Source: Geopsychrobacteraceae bacterium (GTDB lineage: Bacteria > Desulfobacterota > Desulfuromonadia > Desulfuromonadales > Geopsychrobacteraceae). Taken from it: a stretch of DNA of 64,000 nucleotides. Position numbers and translations under genes: made by a program. Every line of letters begins with the position of its first letter. Position 1 is the stretch's first letter. The notes under the pieces are model-generated. The model did not search any database, had not been told where the DNA came from, and worked only from the letters and a program-made list of their open reading frames with translations. This document shows positions 42,785 to 53,502 of the stretch, in pieces. The stretch is from the NCBI GenBank assembly GCA_963662315.1, contig OY759353.1, positions 3,456,001 through 3,520,000 of the forward strand. Direction: 5' to 3'.

Positions 42785-43500
42785 ACAGGCTGCCAGTAGT
42801 TTGACGCTGGTGCTTTGGAACAGTGCTTAGAAAGTTGCTTGGGGACCTGTTGTTGGTATTCTGACCACGCAGCCGACAGCTCCCGATCGAATAATCCTTT
42901 CGGGGTCTGGATACGGAGATAACTTTTTAACTGTTCAAGGTTATCGAGGTCCACCGGCCAGAAGACATCAAGTTCTATGTAACATGCCAGATTACCGATG
43001 CCATCGGGGCGTTTGGTCTGGGCCAGCATCCAGGTATAAAAATTGTGACCTTTGGCAGCGTCTTTGATGCGTGAGACATGCTGCCGGCGTTTTTGTAGAA
43101 ATATACCTTCGGTCAGGTTCTGGAGCCTTTCAAGGCTTGACGCGGGAATAACCAGAATACTATCGTCCCTGAAGTAACAGTTTCCCAGACTGGTTGCCGC
43201 GCTGTATTCAAGTAAAACCCATGCGACATGCTCATCAAGATGATCTCCGCGATAGCCGTTAAACTCTCTTAAACGAGCTCTTTCTGCCTGAACCAGCTTT
43301 TTGAATAAAGTTTTGCCGATAAAGGTTGTAATGTGAACCGTGGCAGCCTCGGTCAAGGCGACAGTTTGACAAAGCCATCGATAAAATATGGAAAAGACCG
43401 ATTGGTCCGGTGGTAGTGATAAGAACCAATCTTCCGGTAATTGAATGATATGTGCTTCCGGGACTGCTTTGATGATCTGTTGCGTGGTAATGCTGTACAT
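42781..43500 (-). CDS. Hypothetical protein with C-terminal YozE/SAM-like domain
   Basis: C-terminal FYTWM....[13 protein letters not shown]....L..YL...AWSEY; G-rich RBS before ATG 43500. Confidence 0.5.
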   Translation of the reverse strand: MYSITTQQIIKAVPEAHIIQLPEDWFLSLPPDQSVFSIFYRWLCQTVALTEAATVHITTFIGKTLFKKLVQAERARLREFNGYRGDHLDEHVAWVLLEYSAATSLGNCYFRDDSILVIPASSLERLQNLTEGIFLQKRRQHVSRIKDAAKGHNFYTWMLAQTKRPDGIGNLACYIELDVFWPVDLDNLEQLKSYLRIQTPKGLFDRELSAAWSEYQQQVPKQLSKHCSKAPASNYWQPV

Positions 43501-43682
43501 TTTTATTTCCCCCCCACCCCAATTTGCTACCGTAATATTTAACCATAAAAAATATGAAAATAAAGAGTGAAGACCGACAATGCGCTTTTTGGTAACGAAT
43601 ATTGATACTGACGAGGGCGGCAAGATATTTATCTTGACATCAGGCATGTCAATTTGATAGAAGAAGCGCCTTGTTTGGTTAC

Positions 43683-43757
<75 letters not shown>

Positions 43758-43784
43758 GATACTTCTCTGGTTCTGATGAAAATT

Positions 43785-43823
43785 AAAGAGGCCTCTTGAA
43801 ATTATTTTCGAGAGGCCTTTTTT
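43785..43823. terminator. Bidirectional terminator
   Basis: aaagaggcctcttgaa...ttcgagaggcctttttt. Confidence 0.75.
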
Positions 43824-43827
43824 ATTC

Positions 43828-44769
43828 CTACCCTTTAAACATCCCATCAATCAGCTGAATATCTTCTTCTGTCAGTTTGACCTCTAGGGTTTTCAGATTG
43901 CGCAGTGCCTGTTCAGCACGTTTTGCCCCCGGAATCAAGACATCGATAGCTGGTCGGGATAGGTACCAGGCTAGAACAATGTAAGGAAGATCGACTCCAT
44001 AGCGGTTGGCGACCTCTTTCAGACTGTCCACCTTGTCGATGATTTTAGGATAAACATCGGGCTGGAAATATGGTCTGGCATTGCGGAAGTCCCCTTCCGG
44101 CAGTTTAAAGTCCTTATCATATTTACCGGCTAGAATGCCCATGGCCAGTGGGAAGTAAGGGACGAAGGAGATCTGCTGCTCTTCACAATAGGGGAGAATG
44201 TCCTGCTCAACTTCACGTGAGATAAGGTTGTATTGTCCCTGGAAGACGTCAACGCCGCCATATTTATTCCCCTGCCTGAGCTGTTCAATGGAGAAGTTGG
44301 AAACACCGATGGCTCTGATCTTACCGGCGGTTTTCAGTTCCTGCAGCATGCCGACCGCTTCGTCCTTCGGGGTATCTTCATCGGGAAAGTGGATATAGTA
44401 AAGATCAATATAATCGGTCCTTAGGCGCTTGAGGCTGTCATTGACGGCTTGCTTGAGAAATTCCGGGCGATTGTTGTACTTAACTTCGCCGCTCGACAAA
44501 TCATGGGCACCCTTGGTGGCGATGACGACTTGCGAACGATTTTTCCCTGCAGCAACAACTTCACCGATCAACTCTTCTGAGCGTTTAGGACCGTAGCTAA
44601 AGGCGGTATCAATGAAGTCCATACCTGCTGCAAGGGCTTCTCTGACCAGTTCGCGTCCGGTATCTTCATTCAGATTGGGGTACAGATTATGACCGCCGAC
44701 CGCATTCGCTCCCAGGCCGATGGGGGTGACGAACAGATCGGTTTTGCCTATTTGAACTTTATGACTCAT
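43828..44769 (-). CDS. Aldo/keto reductase (IolS-like)
   Basis: [44 protein letters not shown]. Confidence 0.93.
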   Translation of the reverse strand: MSHKVQIGKTDLFVTPIGLGANAVGGHNLYPNLNEDTGRELVREALAAGMDFIDTAFSYGPKRSEELIGEVVAAGKNRSQVVIATKGAHDLSSGEVKYNNRPEFLKQAVNDSLKRLRTDYIDLYYIHFPDEDTPKDEAVGMLQELKTAGKIRAIGVSNFSIEQLRQGNKYGGVDVFQGQYNLISREVEQDILPYCEEQQISFVPYFPLAMGILAGKYDKDFKLPEGDFRNARPYFQPDVYPKIIDKVDSLKEVANRYGVDLPYIVLAWYLSRPAIDVLIPGAKRAEQALRNLKTLEVKLTEEDIQLIDGMFKG

Positions 44770-44986
44770 AACAAATCCTTTTTAAGCTATGGAGATTGTC
44801 GTTTACTTTACAATGCATGGTAGCATAAATGCTTACCGTTGTGTGCATGTGGCCCATCTTCATGACCTGGATGGAAATTATTGGCCAAGCTGTGCAGAAC
44901 TATCGACAATCACTTTAAGTGATTGTATTGTGACCACTTATTCATAAAGCTCTTACACGGGGACATGCGCTGGAATTTTGGAGCAT

Positions 44987-45187
44987 ATGCAGAAAACACT
45001 GATTCTGATCGGGGTGGTCATTATTGTTGCGGGCCTAGGCTGGCCTTGGCTAAGCAAAATTCCTTTTGGCCGGTTACCGGGAGATATTGTCATTGATAAA
45101 CCGGGGTTCAAGGTCTTTTTTCCAATAACCAGTATGCTCATCGTCAGCGCTTTGGTGTCGTTGATTATGTGGCTGTTCAGAAAGTAG
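44987..45187 (+). CDS. DUF2905 small membrane protein
   Basis: GRLPGDI..FFPITS..SALVS. Confidence 0.85.
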   Translation: MQKTLILIGVVIIVAGLGWPWLSKIPFGRLPGDIVIDKPGFKVFFPITSMLIVSALVSLIMWLFRK

Positions 45188-45195
45188 TTTGAATA

Positions 45196-45657
45196 ATGAG
45201 ACGTTCAGAAAAAGCAGTGACCGATCTGGCCGGTCTTGAAGCGATACTGCGTGAAGGACGGGTGTGTCAGCTTGCCATTGCCGCTGATCCTGTGCCTTAC
45301 CTTGTCACTTTGAATTATGGTTATAACAGCCGTTGTCTCTATTTTCATTCGGCGCCAGTAGGTCGAAAGATCAGTCTTTTGCAGAACAATCCTCTGGTTG
45401 CATTCACTGTTGCTATAGATGGTGGTGTGATCACGGCTGATCAGTCCTGCAAATGGACAAATCGCTTTCAGTCGGTTGTTGGTTACGGTACGGTTTCCTT
45501 TTTGAGTGACGCTGAAAAAACTCTTGGCCTTAACTTTATTATGGATCAATACGGTGGCATAGCAGGAGAGTATTCTGCTGCAGCATTGGCCGCTACGTGT
45601 GTTTATAAGCTTGATATTAAGGAAATGACCGGAAAACGGTCACGAATGGATGTATGA
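45196..45657 (+). CDS. Pyridoxamine 5'-phosphate oxidase-like flavin-binding protein (NimA-like)
   Basis: MRRSEK, PYLVTLNYG, LYFHSAP.GRK, SVVGYG, MTGK. Confidence 0.85.
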   Translation: MRRSEKAVTDLAGLEAILREGRVCQLAIAADPVPYLVTLNYGYNSRCLYFHSAPVGRKISLLQNNPLVAFTVAIDGGVITADQSCKWTNRFQSVVGYGTVSFLSDAEKTLGLNFIMDQYGGIAGEYSAAALAATCVYKLDIKEMTGKRSRMDV

Positions 45658-45869
45658 TTTGTTTATCGTCCGCGGGACTTTTCTCGTCTTTGCGTAATGT
45701 CCTTAAGCGCTCTTTTTATGATGCGTGCAAAATTTTCTGGGAACTGTTCCGCATCATCCTGCCGATTACCATTGCAACCCGGATTCTTGAGCAGTTGGGA
45801 CTGATTGACACGCTTGGCGATTTTCTTGTGCCGCTGATGTGTCCTGGTCAAGGGGTGTCCTGTTGCTGA
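45654..45869 (+). pseudogene. N-terminal fragment of a nucleoside-recognition (Gate) domain membrane protein
   Basis: FWELFRIILPITIATRILEQLGLIDTLGDFLVPLM ends abruptly at the folA RBS. Confidence 0.5.
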
Positions 45870-46378
45870 TATCCGCTATTGTTGCCATGACGGCTCAGCG
45901 GGTGATCGGCTTAAACGGTCAAATCCCCTGGCACATGCCGAATGATCTGCAACGTTTCAAGCGTTTGACCCTTGGGCATGTGTTGTTGATGGGGCGGGCA
46001 ACCTACGACTCCATTGGACGGCCCCTGCCAGGACGACGGACTATTGTCCTCAGTCGTCAGCCTGGGCTGATTATCCCTGGCTGCGCTGTTGCCAGAAATT
46101 TTAACGCTGCTTTGCAAATGATTGGCCATAGTGAGGAAGTTTTTATCTGTGGCGGCGAAGAGTTATACCGACAGTCCCTGCCGTTCATTCAGCGCCTTTA
46201 CCTGACAGAAATTGATCTGGACAGTCCAGGCGATCGTTATTTCCCCCATATTTTGTCCGAGGATTTTGAGCTGCTTTACCAACAGTGCTATGTTGAAGGA
46301 ACTGAGTGTTGTTTTCGGATACTACAGCGCTATAGCTGTTGTGCCGCATTAACTCAGGAAACTTTGCAGCGTATTTAA
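45863..46378 (+). CDS. folA: Dihydrofolate reductase
   Basis: ISAIVAM..VIG..IPWH..DL..FK..T.GH..MGRATY, PLPGR, ICGG; TTG start after AAGGGG. Confidence 0.92.
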   Translation: MLISAIVAMTAQRVIGLNGQIPWHMPNDLQRFKRLTLGHVLLMGRATYDSIGRPLPGRRTIVLSRQPGLIIPGCAVARNFNAALQMIGHSEEVFICGGEELYRQSLPFIQRLYLTEIDLDSPGDRYFPHILSEDFELLYQQCYVEGTECCFRILQRYSCCAALTQETLQRI

Positions 46379-46495
46379 GTGAATAATGAGTGGCGGCAAT
46401 GATGCCGGTGAAAAGCAAGGACGCTGGCAATGGCGGCTGAGAAGAACGATTAGTATGTCAGCCGGGAAAATTTTTTATGAGTGAGGAACGACTCC

Positions 46496-47143
46496 ATGAT
46501 TAGCGTGAATAAAGCCAAAACTGCCAGTTTTGATGTTGATCCGCAACGCGGGTTTACCCCCCTGTGTCCTAATGAATTACCGGTGGCCGAAGGGGATCTG
46601 ATTGCCGGGGAGCTGAATGCCCAGGCCGCCTTTGCAGCACTGCGCGTGGTCAGCAAGGATTGCCATCCGGCCGAGGCGCCGTGGGTAGCCAACTCAGCTG
46701 CGGAAATCATGCAGCCGGTTGCTGGTGATTACCCCAACCTGGACATCAAGTGGCCACCCCACTGTGTTGTTGGTACCCTGGGTAATCAGTTAATTCCGGG
46801 ACTTCCGGCAGAAGCTGATTATGACCTGGTGATTGAAAAGGGCGCTGACCCGGAAATGCACCCTTACGGTGCCTGTTTTCATGATCTCCTCGAAGAGAAA
46901 AGCACGGGTGCGGTTGAATGGCTTCAAGAGCGGGGAATTGAAACCGTTCTGCTGGCTGGGCTGGCAACCGACTACTGCGTCAAGACGACAGGACTGCAAC
47001 TGCTTAAAGCTGGTTTTGCTGTGGTGCTGAATCTTGCCGGTTCACGTGGCGTGGCTCCAGAAACCAGTGCCGCAGCAATCAGTGAATTGCGTAGGGCCGG
47101 AGCGACCATTATTAACAGCAGTAGCGAGTTGGCCCAGGCATGA
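46496..47143 (+). CDS. pncA: Nicotinamidase
   Basis: DVDPQRGF, DCHP, WPPHCV, EKG, GLATDYCV; overlaps pncB. Confidence 0.88.
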   Translation: MISVNKAKTASFDVDPQRGFTPLCPNELPVAEGDLIAGELNAQAAFAALRVVSKDCHPAEAPWVANSAAEIMQPVAGDYPNLDIKWPPHCVVGTLGNQLIPGLPAEADYDLVIEKGADPEMHPYGACFHDLLEEKSTGAVEWLQERGIETVLLAGLATDYCVKTTGLQLLKAGFAVVLNLAGSRGVAPETSAAAISELRRAGATIINSSSELAQA

Positions 47144-48354
47144 GTGCACCTGACCAGTATCACTGGATGATCCCCAGCCTGCTCGACACCGATCTGTACA
47201 AGATCACCATGCTGCAGGCGTTTTATCATGCACCCGAATTCCGCTCTGTGCCGGTTGAATGGAAATTCGCCTGTCGCAATCGTAACGGTTTCAATATTGC
47301 TGAATTGATTCCCGAGATCAGGCGTCAGCTGGAACATGTCTGTACCTTATCGTTTACCGATGATGAACTCGACTATCTGGCGACCTTTACCTTCATCAAG
47401 CCTGATTTTATTGAATTCCTGCGTATTTTCCGTCTTGATATGCGTTTTGTTGATATGGAGGCCGCAGGAGAAGACATTCATCTGCGGTTTCGCGGTCCCT
47501 TATTGCATGTGACTCTGTTTGAAATTTTTGCCTTGGCAATTATCAGTGAATTGCATACCTATCACCATCTGGGCGGTATTAACATTGCGCAGGCTCGTGA
47601 GCGCTTGCAGGGGAAAATTGAGTTGCTGCGCCAGCAGGGACAGATGCCAGGGTTTCACTTTGCCGATTTCGGAACCCGGCGCAGAGCCAGCCGCGCCTGG
47701 CAAGAGGAAGTTCTGCTCACCTGTAAACGGGAGTTGCCCGACTATTTTACCGGGACCAGTAATCTCGATTTTGCCCGCCGCCATAAGATGATGCCCATTG
47801 GTACCATGGCCCACGAGTGGTTCCAGGTCTGGCAGGCGGTTACGCGCTTAAGTGATGCCCAGAAAGCCGCATTGGAGGGCTGGGTGCGCGAGTACCGTGG
47901 ACGCCTGGGAGTGGCCCTGACCGATTGTTATTCCATGGATGCGTTCTGCCGCGATTTTGCCGATCCTTACTTCGGCAAACTCTACGATGGTTTGCGCCAT
48001 GACAGTGGTTCCCCCTATGAATGGGGTGAAAAAGCCCTTGCTATGTATAAACAGATGGGAATTGATGCCAAAACCAAGACCCTGGTCTTCAGTGACAGCC
48101 TGTCCTTTCAGCAGATGATCGATATTTATCAATATTTTATCTCACGCAGTAAGGTCACCTTCGGTATTGGTACCAACCTGACCAATGATGTTGGTCACAC
48201 CCCTTTGAATATTGTCATCAAGCTGGTTGCCGCTAACGGCAGACCGGTCGCCAAGATTTCTGACGAACCGGGGAAAAGCATGTGCGAAGATCCTGGTTAC
48301 CTGTGCTACCTCGCCTCCGTTTACGGAATAACATTACCTGTGGAAAATACATGA
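47140..48354 (+). CDS. pncB: Nicotinate phosphoribosyltransferase
   Basis: SLLDTDLYKITM, DFGTRRR, GTMAHE, RHDSG, FSDSL, GIGTNL, KISD.PGK. Confidence 0.96.
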   Translation: MSAPDQYHWMIPSLLDTDLYKITMLQAFYHAPEFRSVPVEWKFACRNRNGFNIAELIPEIRRQLEHVCTLSFTDDELDYLATFTFIKPDFIEFLRIFRLDMRFVDMEAAGEDIHLRFRGPLLHVTLFEIFALAIISELHTYHHLGGINIAQARERLQGKIELLRQQGQMPGFHFADFGTRRRASRAWQEEVLLTCKRELPDYFTGTSNLDFARRHKMMPIGTMAHEWFQVWQAVTRLSDAQKAALEGWVREYRGRLGVALTDCYSMDAFCRDFADPYFGKLYDGLRHDSGSPYEWGEKALAMYKQMGIDAKTKTLVFSDSLSFQQMIDIYQYFISRSKVTFGIGTNLTNDVGHTPLNIVIKLVAANGRPVAKISDEPGKSMCEDPGYLCYLASVYGITLPVENT

Positions 48355-49604
48355 ACAATTATGATGTGATCGTTATCGGCGGTGGACCGGCCGGCATTTT
48401 TTCCGCTGGTTTTGCGGCCTTGAGTGGTGCCCGGGTTGTGCTGTTCGAAAAGAATCGTCGCTGCGGAGCAAAGCTGCTTATTACCGGCAAAGGGCGTTGT
48501 AATATTACCAACGCTGAAGCTGATCCGCGTAAACTGAGCGATGTGTTTGGTAAACAAGGGAAGAATCTGCTGACAGCTCTGTATGCCTTCGGGGTTCATG
48601 ATGTAATCGATTTTTTTGAACAGCGGGGCCTCAAAACTCAAACTGAACGCGGTGGGCGGGTCTTTCCGGCGGAAAGTGATGCCGCAGCCGTGCAGAAAGT
48701 TCTCGATAATTTTTTGCTAGAATGCGGTGTTGAAAAGATTACCGGGTGCCAGGTTTTGGATATAGAAGTTGAAGAGAGGCGCGTTCAGCGGGTGCTGACC
48801 AATCAGGGAGCGTTTGTCGCCAATCGAGTTATTATGGCCACCGGTGGTCTGTCCTATCCGGAAACGGGGTGTACCGGTGATGGTTATGACTGGGCCGTGG
48901 CCTCGGGGCATCGACTGGTCGAGCCAAAGCCGGCGCTGGTTCCGGTGTTTCTGGCTGAAGAGTGGACGCGTGAACTGATCACCTTCAATCTGAAAAATGT
49001 GCGTATTGAAGTCCGCCAGCAGGGGCGGAAGTTGGATGAGCGCTTTGGCGAAGCGTTCTTTACCCGCAAAGGAATCGGTGGCCCGATTATACTGGACATG
49101 AGCGCCATGATCGGTGATGCACTTGAGCAGGGGCCTGTGTCGCTGGTACTTGATATTAAACCGGCTGTTTCCAGAGAGCTGTTTGATAAGCGCCTGCAGC
49201 GGGAATTAAGCGAGAACAGCAACCGTAATTTTGAGAAGTCTCTGGCGGGTTTGTTGCCCAAGAATATGATTCCACTCTTTGTCCAGCTCTCCGGCATTGA
49301 TCCGGACAAGAAATGTCACTCGGTGACCAAGGAAGAACGCCTGAAGTTGCTCTCACTATTCAAAGAGCTGGAATTGACAGTCACCGGGATTGATGGTTTC
49401 CGCAAGGCGATCGTGACCGCAGGAGGGATTGATCTGCGTGACATTGATATGCGGACCATGTGTTCACGGAAGCTTGAAAATCTCTATTTTGCCGGTGAAA
49501 TGATCGATCTTGATGCCCCCACCGGTGGTTATAACTTACAACTTTGCTGGTCCACAGGGTACCTGGCTGGAACCAGCGCAGCGCAGGCCGTATTTTCCTG
49601 CTAA
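48351..49604 (+). CDS. HI0933/BaiN-family flavoprotein
   Basis: GGGPAG, GAKLLITGKGRCNITN, ATGGLSYPETG.TGDG, TGGYNLQ. Confidence 0.93.
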   Translation: MNNYDVIVIGGGPAGIFSAGFAALSGARVVLFEKNRRCGAKLLITGKGRCNITNAEADPRKLSDVFGKQGKNLLTALYAFGVHDVIDFFEQRGLKTQTERGGRVFPAESDAAAVQKVLDNFLLECGVEKITGCQVLDIEVEERRVQRVLTNQGAFVANRVIMATGGLSYPETGCTGDGYDWAVASGHRLVEPKPALVPVFLAEEWTRELITFNLKNVRIEVRQQGRKLDERFGEAFFTRKGIGGPIILDMSAMIGDALEQGPVSLVLDIKPAVSRELFDKRLQRELSENSNRNFEKSLAGLLPKNMIPLFVQLSGIDPDKKCHSVTKEERLKLLSLFKELELTVTGIDGFRKAIVTAGGIDLRDIDMRTMCSRKLENLYFAGEMIDLDAPTGGYNLQLCWSTGYLAGTSAAQAVFSC

Positions 49605-49968
49605 TAAGCATATTCTTTGGAACTATTCATTTTTATGTAATTCAAGCCCAAATCAGTCTGTTCTGATGACGGTGAAACCTCAAGTTTCCCCCTGTGCGTT
49701 GTGATGCGGTCTGAACGGCAAAGATCTGGAGTGCAGTTGGGCCAAGCACCTGAAATTCTGGGTCAGCTGAATCGATAAATCGGTTCAGAAGTACCGCCAG
49801 CGTGATCCGAACTGGTTCATGCTGGAATTTGAAATCGCGAGGGTTTGCTGAAAATTAAACTCTCGTAAAGATTGGATAATAAAAAAACTGTAATCAGGTT
49901 ATATTTGATCGCAGCTTTTTTTCGTTTCTAATCTGAAAATAGATCTGTTGCCACAAGGAGTGCCGTAG

Positions 49969-50868
49969 ATGGAACTTAAAGGTATATATCCGATCGTCCC
50001 GACCCCGTTTCTTGATGATGGTGCGGTTGACTACGTCAGCATCGAGCGTCTGATTGATTGTCTTGCTGCTAAAAAAGTGCATGGTATCGCGATTATGGGT
50101 GCCCTTGGTGAAGGTCCCAAGATGACTGATGCTGAGCGCACGGAGATTATCCAGCTTTATCGCAAGCGGATGCCTGGTGACATGCACCTGGTTGTCGGTA
50201 CCCGTGCTCCGGCGACCGATCCGGCTAAATTACAGGCGCAGAAAGCCAGGGATCTGGGAGCGGATGCGTTATTGCTCGGACCCCATGGTATTCAGAAGGA
50301 CAAACCTCTGCTTGAGTATTACCAGCAGGTGTCGGATGCCGCGCAGATCCCCTGTGTCATTCATGATTATCCGGCTGTAACCGGTATTACCATGTCGGTC
50401 GAGCTGATCACCAAAATGTTTCAAACTGCTGAACATATCAAGTACCTGAAGCTGGAAGATCCGCCAACCGGGATGAAATTCCAGGCGTTGAAAATGTCAG
50501 TAGGAGAACGGCTTAGAGTTTTTGGCGCTCTCGGGGGGAACTATGCTCTGGAAGAGCTGCAACTTGGCGCGGTAGGGATCATGACCGGCTTTGTCTACGC
50601 CGAACTGCTGGTACAGCTGTTCAACCATGCCCAGGCTGGTGAGTGGGAAGACGCCAAGCAGCTGTTCTATGATTTTCTGCCCCTGACCCGCTGGGAGTTC
50701 CAGCCTGGAGTTGGCATTTCTTTGCGTAAGCATCTGTTTAAGCGTATGGGCGTTTTTACCTCGACCAAAGTTCGACATCCGGGGATGGATGCGGATCAAG
50801 TTACGGTTGACCAGATGCTTCAGATTGTTGAATTTTTGAACAAGAAAGGGTATCAGCTGGCAATTTAA
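49969..50868 (+). CDS. Dihydrodipicolinate synthase-family aldolase (non-DapA subfamily)
   Basis: GIYPIVPTPF, GALGE, IHDYP, Schiff-base Lys in YLKLED. Confidence 0.85.
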   Translation: MELKGIYPIVPTPFLDDGAVDYVSIERLIDCLAAKKVHGIAIMGALGEGPKMTDAERTEIIQLYRKRMPGDMHLVVGTRAPATDPAKLQAQKARDLGADALLLGPHGIQKDKPLLEYYQQVSDAAQIPCVIHDYPAVTGITMSVELITKMFQTAEHIKYLKLEDPPTGMKFQALKMSVGERLRVFGALGGNYALEELQLGAVGIMTGFVYAELLVQLFNHAQAGEWEDAKQLFYDFLPLTRWEFQPGVGISLRKHLFKRMGVFTSTKVRHPGMDADQVTVDQMLQIVEFLNKKGYQLAI

Positions 50869-51105
50869 GCTGTCACTGACATTGATGCCCTTCTGGAAAA
50901 TAAAATACGCCACATGTCGTTTGCATGTGGCGTATTTCATTTCCGGATAAGACGTCAGAACACCATCATAATCAGCGGCAAAGTTACCAGGCTGGCCAGA
51001 AGCGAGTATTGACAAAGTCGGGAGCGATATTGCTCTCCTTGGCTCATTGTTTGCGCCTGCTCACGAAACTGATTGTGAACAGACGCGGCCTTTCGGAATA
51101 AGTTG

Positions 51106-52338
51106 TCAAGGTTTTGCTTTTAACTTCTCGATCATTTGCTCGTAAGGCAGATGCTTAAAGTCGATGCTGAGATGTGACTGATCATCCACCAGGCGAAAGC
51201 CTTTGTCGCGAATGGCCTGTTCCAGACCCTTCATATGCAAGGCTCCCCAGGGCAGAACCAGGGTATCGTAGCGCTGTAGTGCTTCAGGGATATAGGCTAA
51301 GACGGCAGCATTGCGCTTGTCGAGCAGATCAGCCATGATGGTTTTATCAATATCAGGATCTGTGTGCTCCTGAATCCATTGATTAAATTCGAAATATCCG
51401 TCAACCGGGGAATCGCCATTTAAAACGTATTTGGCCAAGGTGTCCAGGACTTCAATGGTTTGTGGGTCAAAAGCGCTGACGTCTATATCAGCCGGGAGGA
51501 TGTCGAGCTGGGTCTGCTCTTCATTGGCCGGTTGTTCCTGCTTCAGCTGCTCAGGCGAGATAATCCGCGCTGAAAGGTCAAGTTGCCCCTGTGAGGTCAG
51601 ACCAAGAAATTCTGCGAGGTTTCCGTAACTGAAACGATTTTTCAGCAAATTTGTCTTGTCACTGACCCCTTCCATGAGAATCAGGGTGTTTTTCTTCGGA
51701 ATGGTTTTGGCGATATCAGTGTAATATTCCGGGCGGGCCAGGTGGATCATTGCAATCAGCTTAATGGCTTTATCGTTATGCTGGTAGGTTTTTTCACTCA
51801 TATACAGGCCATCAGGTTGCAGGGTGACAAACCCGCCAGTGCTGGTGTCGATCAGCTGGGCGGCGAGTTTATAGCCAATAGCAACAAACGCCGGTGGAGC
51901 GATGAGGATGTTGACGATAATGAAAATCAGCAACGCCCGGCCACTGAAGAAAGGACCGGTAAACTGGCTTGGCACCAGCAGGAAGCTTGATTCATTGTCA
52001 CGATAATTACGCCGTAGCAAGAAAAACAGGGTGAGCAACTGGGCAAAGCCAACACAAAGGTGATAGGCTTGACCTATCACCTCTGATAATGGCCAGTAGC
52101 TGAATACGCTCCAGAAAACCCAGGCAAAAAGTGGGTAAAAAACCAGTTTAGGCAGATGACGATTAAAGGCTGAAACAAAGTAAAGGAAGAGAGTTCCATA
52201 CCGGACGAAGGTCTGGAGCTGAGTGATATAATTGGGGATAAGAGGGAACCCGGACAGACTATCTGGAGCAAAAAGGACAATATTGCTGAGGGCAAAAAGG
52301 GTAAACAGCAGCAGAAACAGGTTGGCCAGAATTCTCAT
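51106..52338 (-). CDS. Membrane protein with C-terminal TraB/GumN (Tiki)-like domain
   Basis: About five N-terminal TM helices; LIAMIHLA..YY, ILMEG, ADID, LLDKRN, WGALHM. Confidence 0.55.
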   Translation of the reverse strand: MRILANLFLLLFTLFALSNIVLFAPDSLSGFPLIPNYITQLQTFVRYGTLFLYFVSAFNRHLPKLVFYPLFAWVFWSVFSYWPLSEVIGQAYHLCVGFAQLLTLFFLLRRNYRDNESSFLLVPSQFTGPFFSGRALLIFIIVNILIAPPAFVAIGYKLAAQLIDTSTGGFVTLQPDGLYMSEKTYQHNDKAIKLIAMIHLARPEYYTDIAKTIPKKNTLILMEGVSDKTNLLKNRFSYGNLAEFLGLTSQGQLDLSARIISPEQLKQEQPANEEQTQLDILPADIDVSAFDPQTIEVLDTLAKYVLNGDSPVDGYFEFNQWIQEHTDPDIDKTIMADLLDKRNAAVLAYIPEALQRYDTLVLPWGALHMKGLEQAIRDKGFRLVDDQSHLSIDFKHLPYEQMIEKLKAKP

Positions 52339-52479
52339 TTTTATCCCGTACCTTATGCAAGAAGATTAACAGATAGATCTTTAAAACGTAGATATCTTTT
52401 TGCGGATTGTCAACGTTATGAAACCGAGTTGTTTTATTGTCGCGATGCTAAACGCAAATACTCATCATTGGAGAGTCAA

Positions 52480-53376
52480 ATGAAACTGTTGTTAAAACTT
52501 ATTGTCGCTCTCGTGCTTTTGGCAGGGGTTATTGTTGGCGCCGGTTTTTTCTATCTTGATGTCATTGCCAAAAAAGCGGTCGAGGAAGGCGGAACTATGG
52601 CTTTGGGGGTTCCGACAACGCTGGACTCCATCCATATCTCGCTGCTTGGCGGCGAAGCGTCTTTAAGCGGGTTGACAATTGCTAACCCGGCGGGCTTTTC
52701 AAATACGGTATTCATGGGGCTTGGCGACGGGGGGGCGGCTGTTTCGGTGTCATCATTGCTGAGTGATACCATCGTTATTCCCCATGTCAATCTTTCTAAC
52801 ATTCGAGTCAACCTGGAACAGCGTGGCAAGAAGAACAACATTGAGCCGTTGCTGGCAAATGCCAAAAAGATGGCCGGATCCGGTCGTTCCCCCAAAACAG
52901 CACCAGCCCCGGCAGCGGACAATGGCCCCGGCAAGAAATTTATTGTTGAGTATTTCGCGCTGAATGATGTGCAGGTTGCAGCCGACCTCGATCTGCTGGG
53001 GCAGGTGTCGAAAGTCAACCTGGTGCTGCCCAAGATCGAATTGAAAAATCTCGGGACGGCAGAAAATGGGCTGCCGATGGATCAACTGATCCAAACGGTT
53101 GTGGAAGCGGTTCTGGCTGCGGTGCAGAGCAGTTCGGCCCAATTGTCGCCGGAGTTGGCCCGGTTGCTTAAGGGCCAATTGGGGGACTTAAGCGGAGTCA
53201 AAGCCGAGGTGATTGGTAAGGCCCAGGCCGAAGTTGAAAAAGTGGTCAAGGATGTGAAACAGAACATTAAGGATAATATCAAGGCGGATCTGCCTCCGGA
53301 GGCGGAAAAGCTCATCGATGACAAGGCTGATGGGCTGATCAAGGGGCTGGACAATATGCTTGGGGGAAAGAAGTAG
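52480..53376 (+). CDS. AsmA-like N-terminal domain protein
   Basis: N-terminal TM, LGVPTTLDSIHISLL.G, IANP.GF, LPKIEL.NLG. Confidence 0.7.
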   Translation: MKLLLKLIVALVLLAGVIVGAGFFYLDVIAKKAVEEGGTMALGVPTTLDSIHISLLGGEASLSGLTIANPAGFSNTVFMGLGDGGAAVSVSSLLSDTIVIPHVNLSNIRVNLEQRGKKNNIEPLLANAKKMAGSGRSPKTAPAPAADNGPGKKFIVEYFALNDVQVAADLDLLGQVSKVNLVLPKIELKNLGTAENGLPMDQLIQTVVEAVLAAVQSSSAQLSPELARLLKGQLGDLSGVKAEVIGKAQAEVEKVVKDVKQNIKDNIKADLPPEAEKLIDDKADGLIKGLDNMLGGKK

Positions 53377-53502
53377 GTTGGCCTGCGCGAGATTTGAAAG
53401 CCTACTTTAATCTGACTTTTGAAAAACAAGCTCAATTCTTGTCGCTTAGGGGCTCGGCCATAACAGCTGAAGTTTGAGACGGCCAAGCGCTTCTTTGCCA
53501 AG

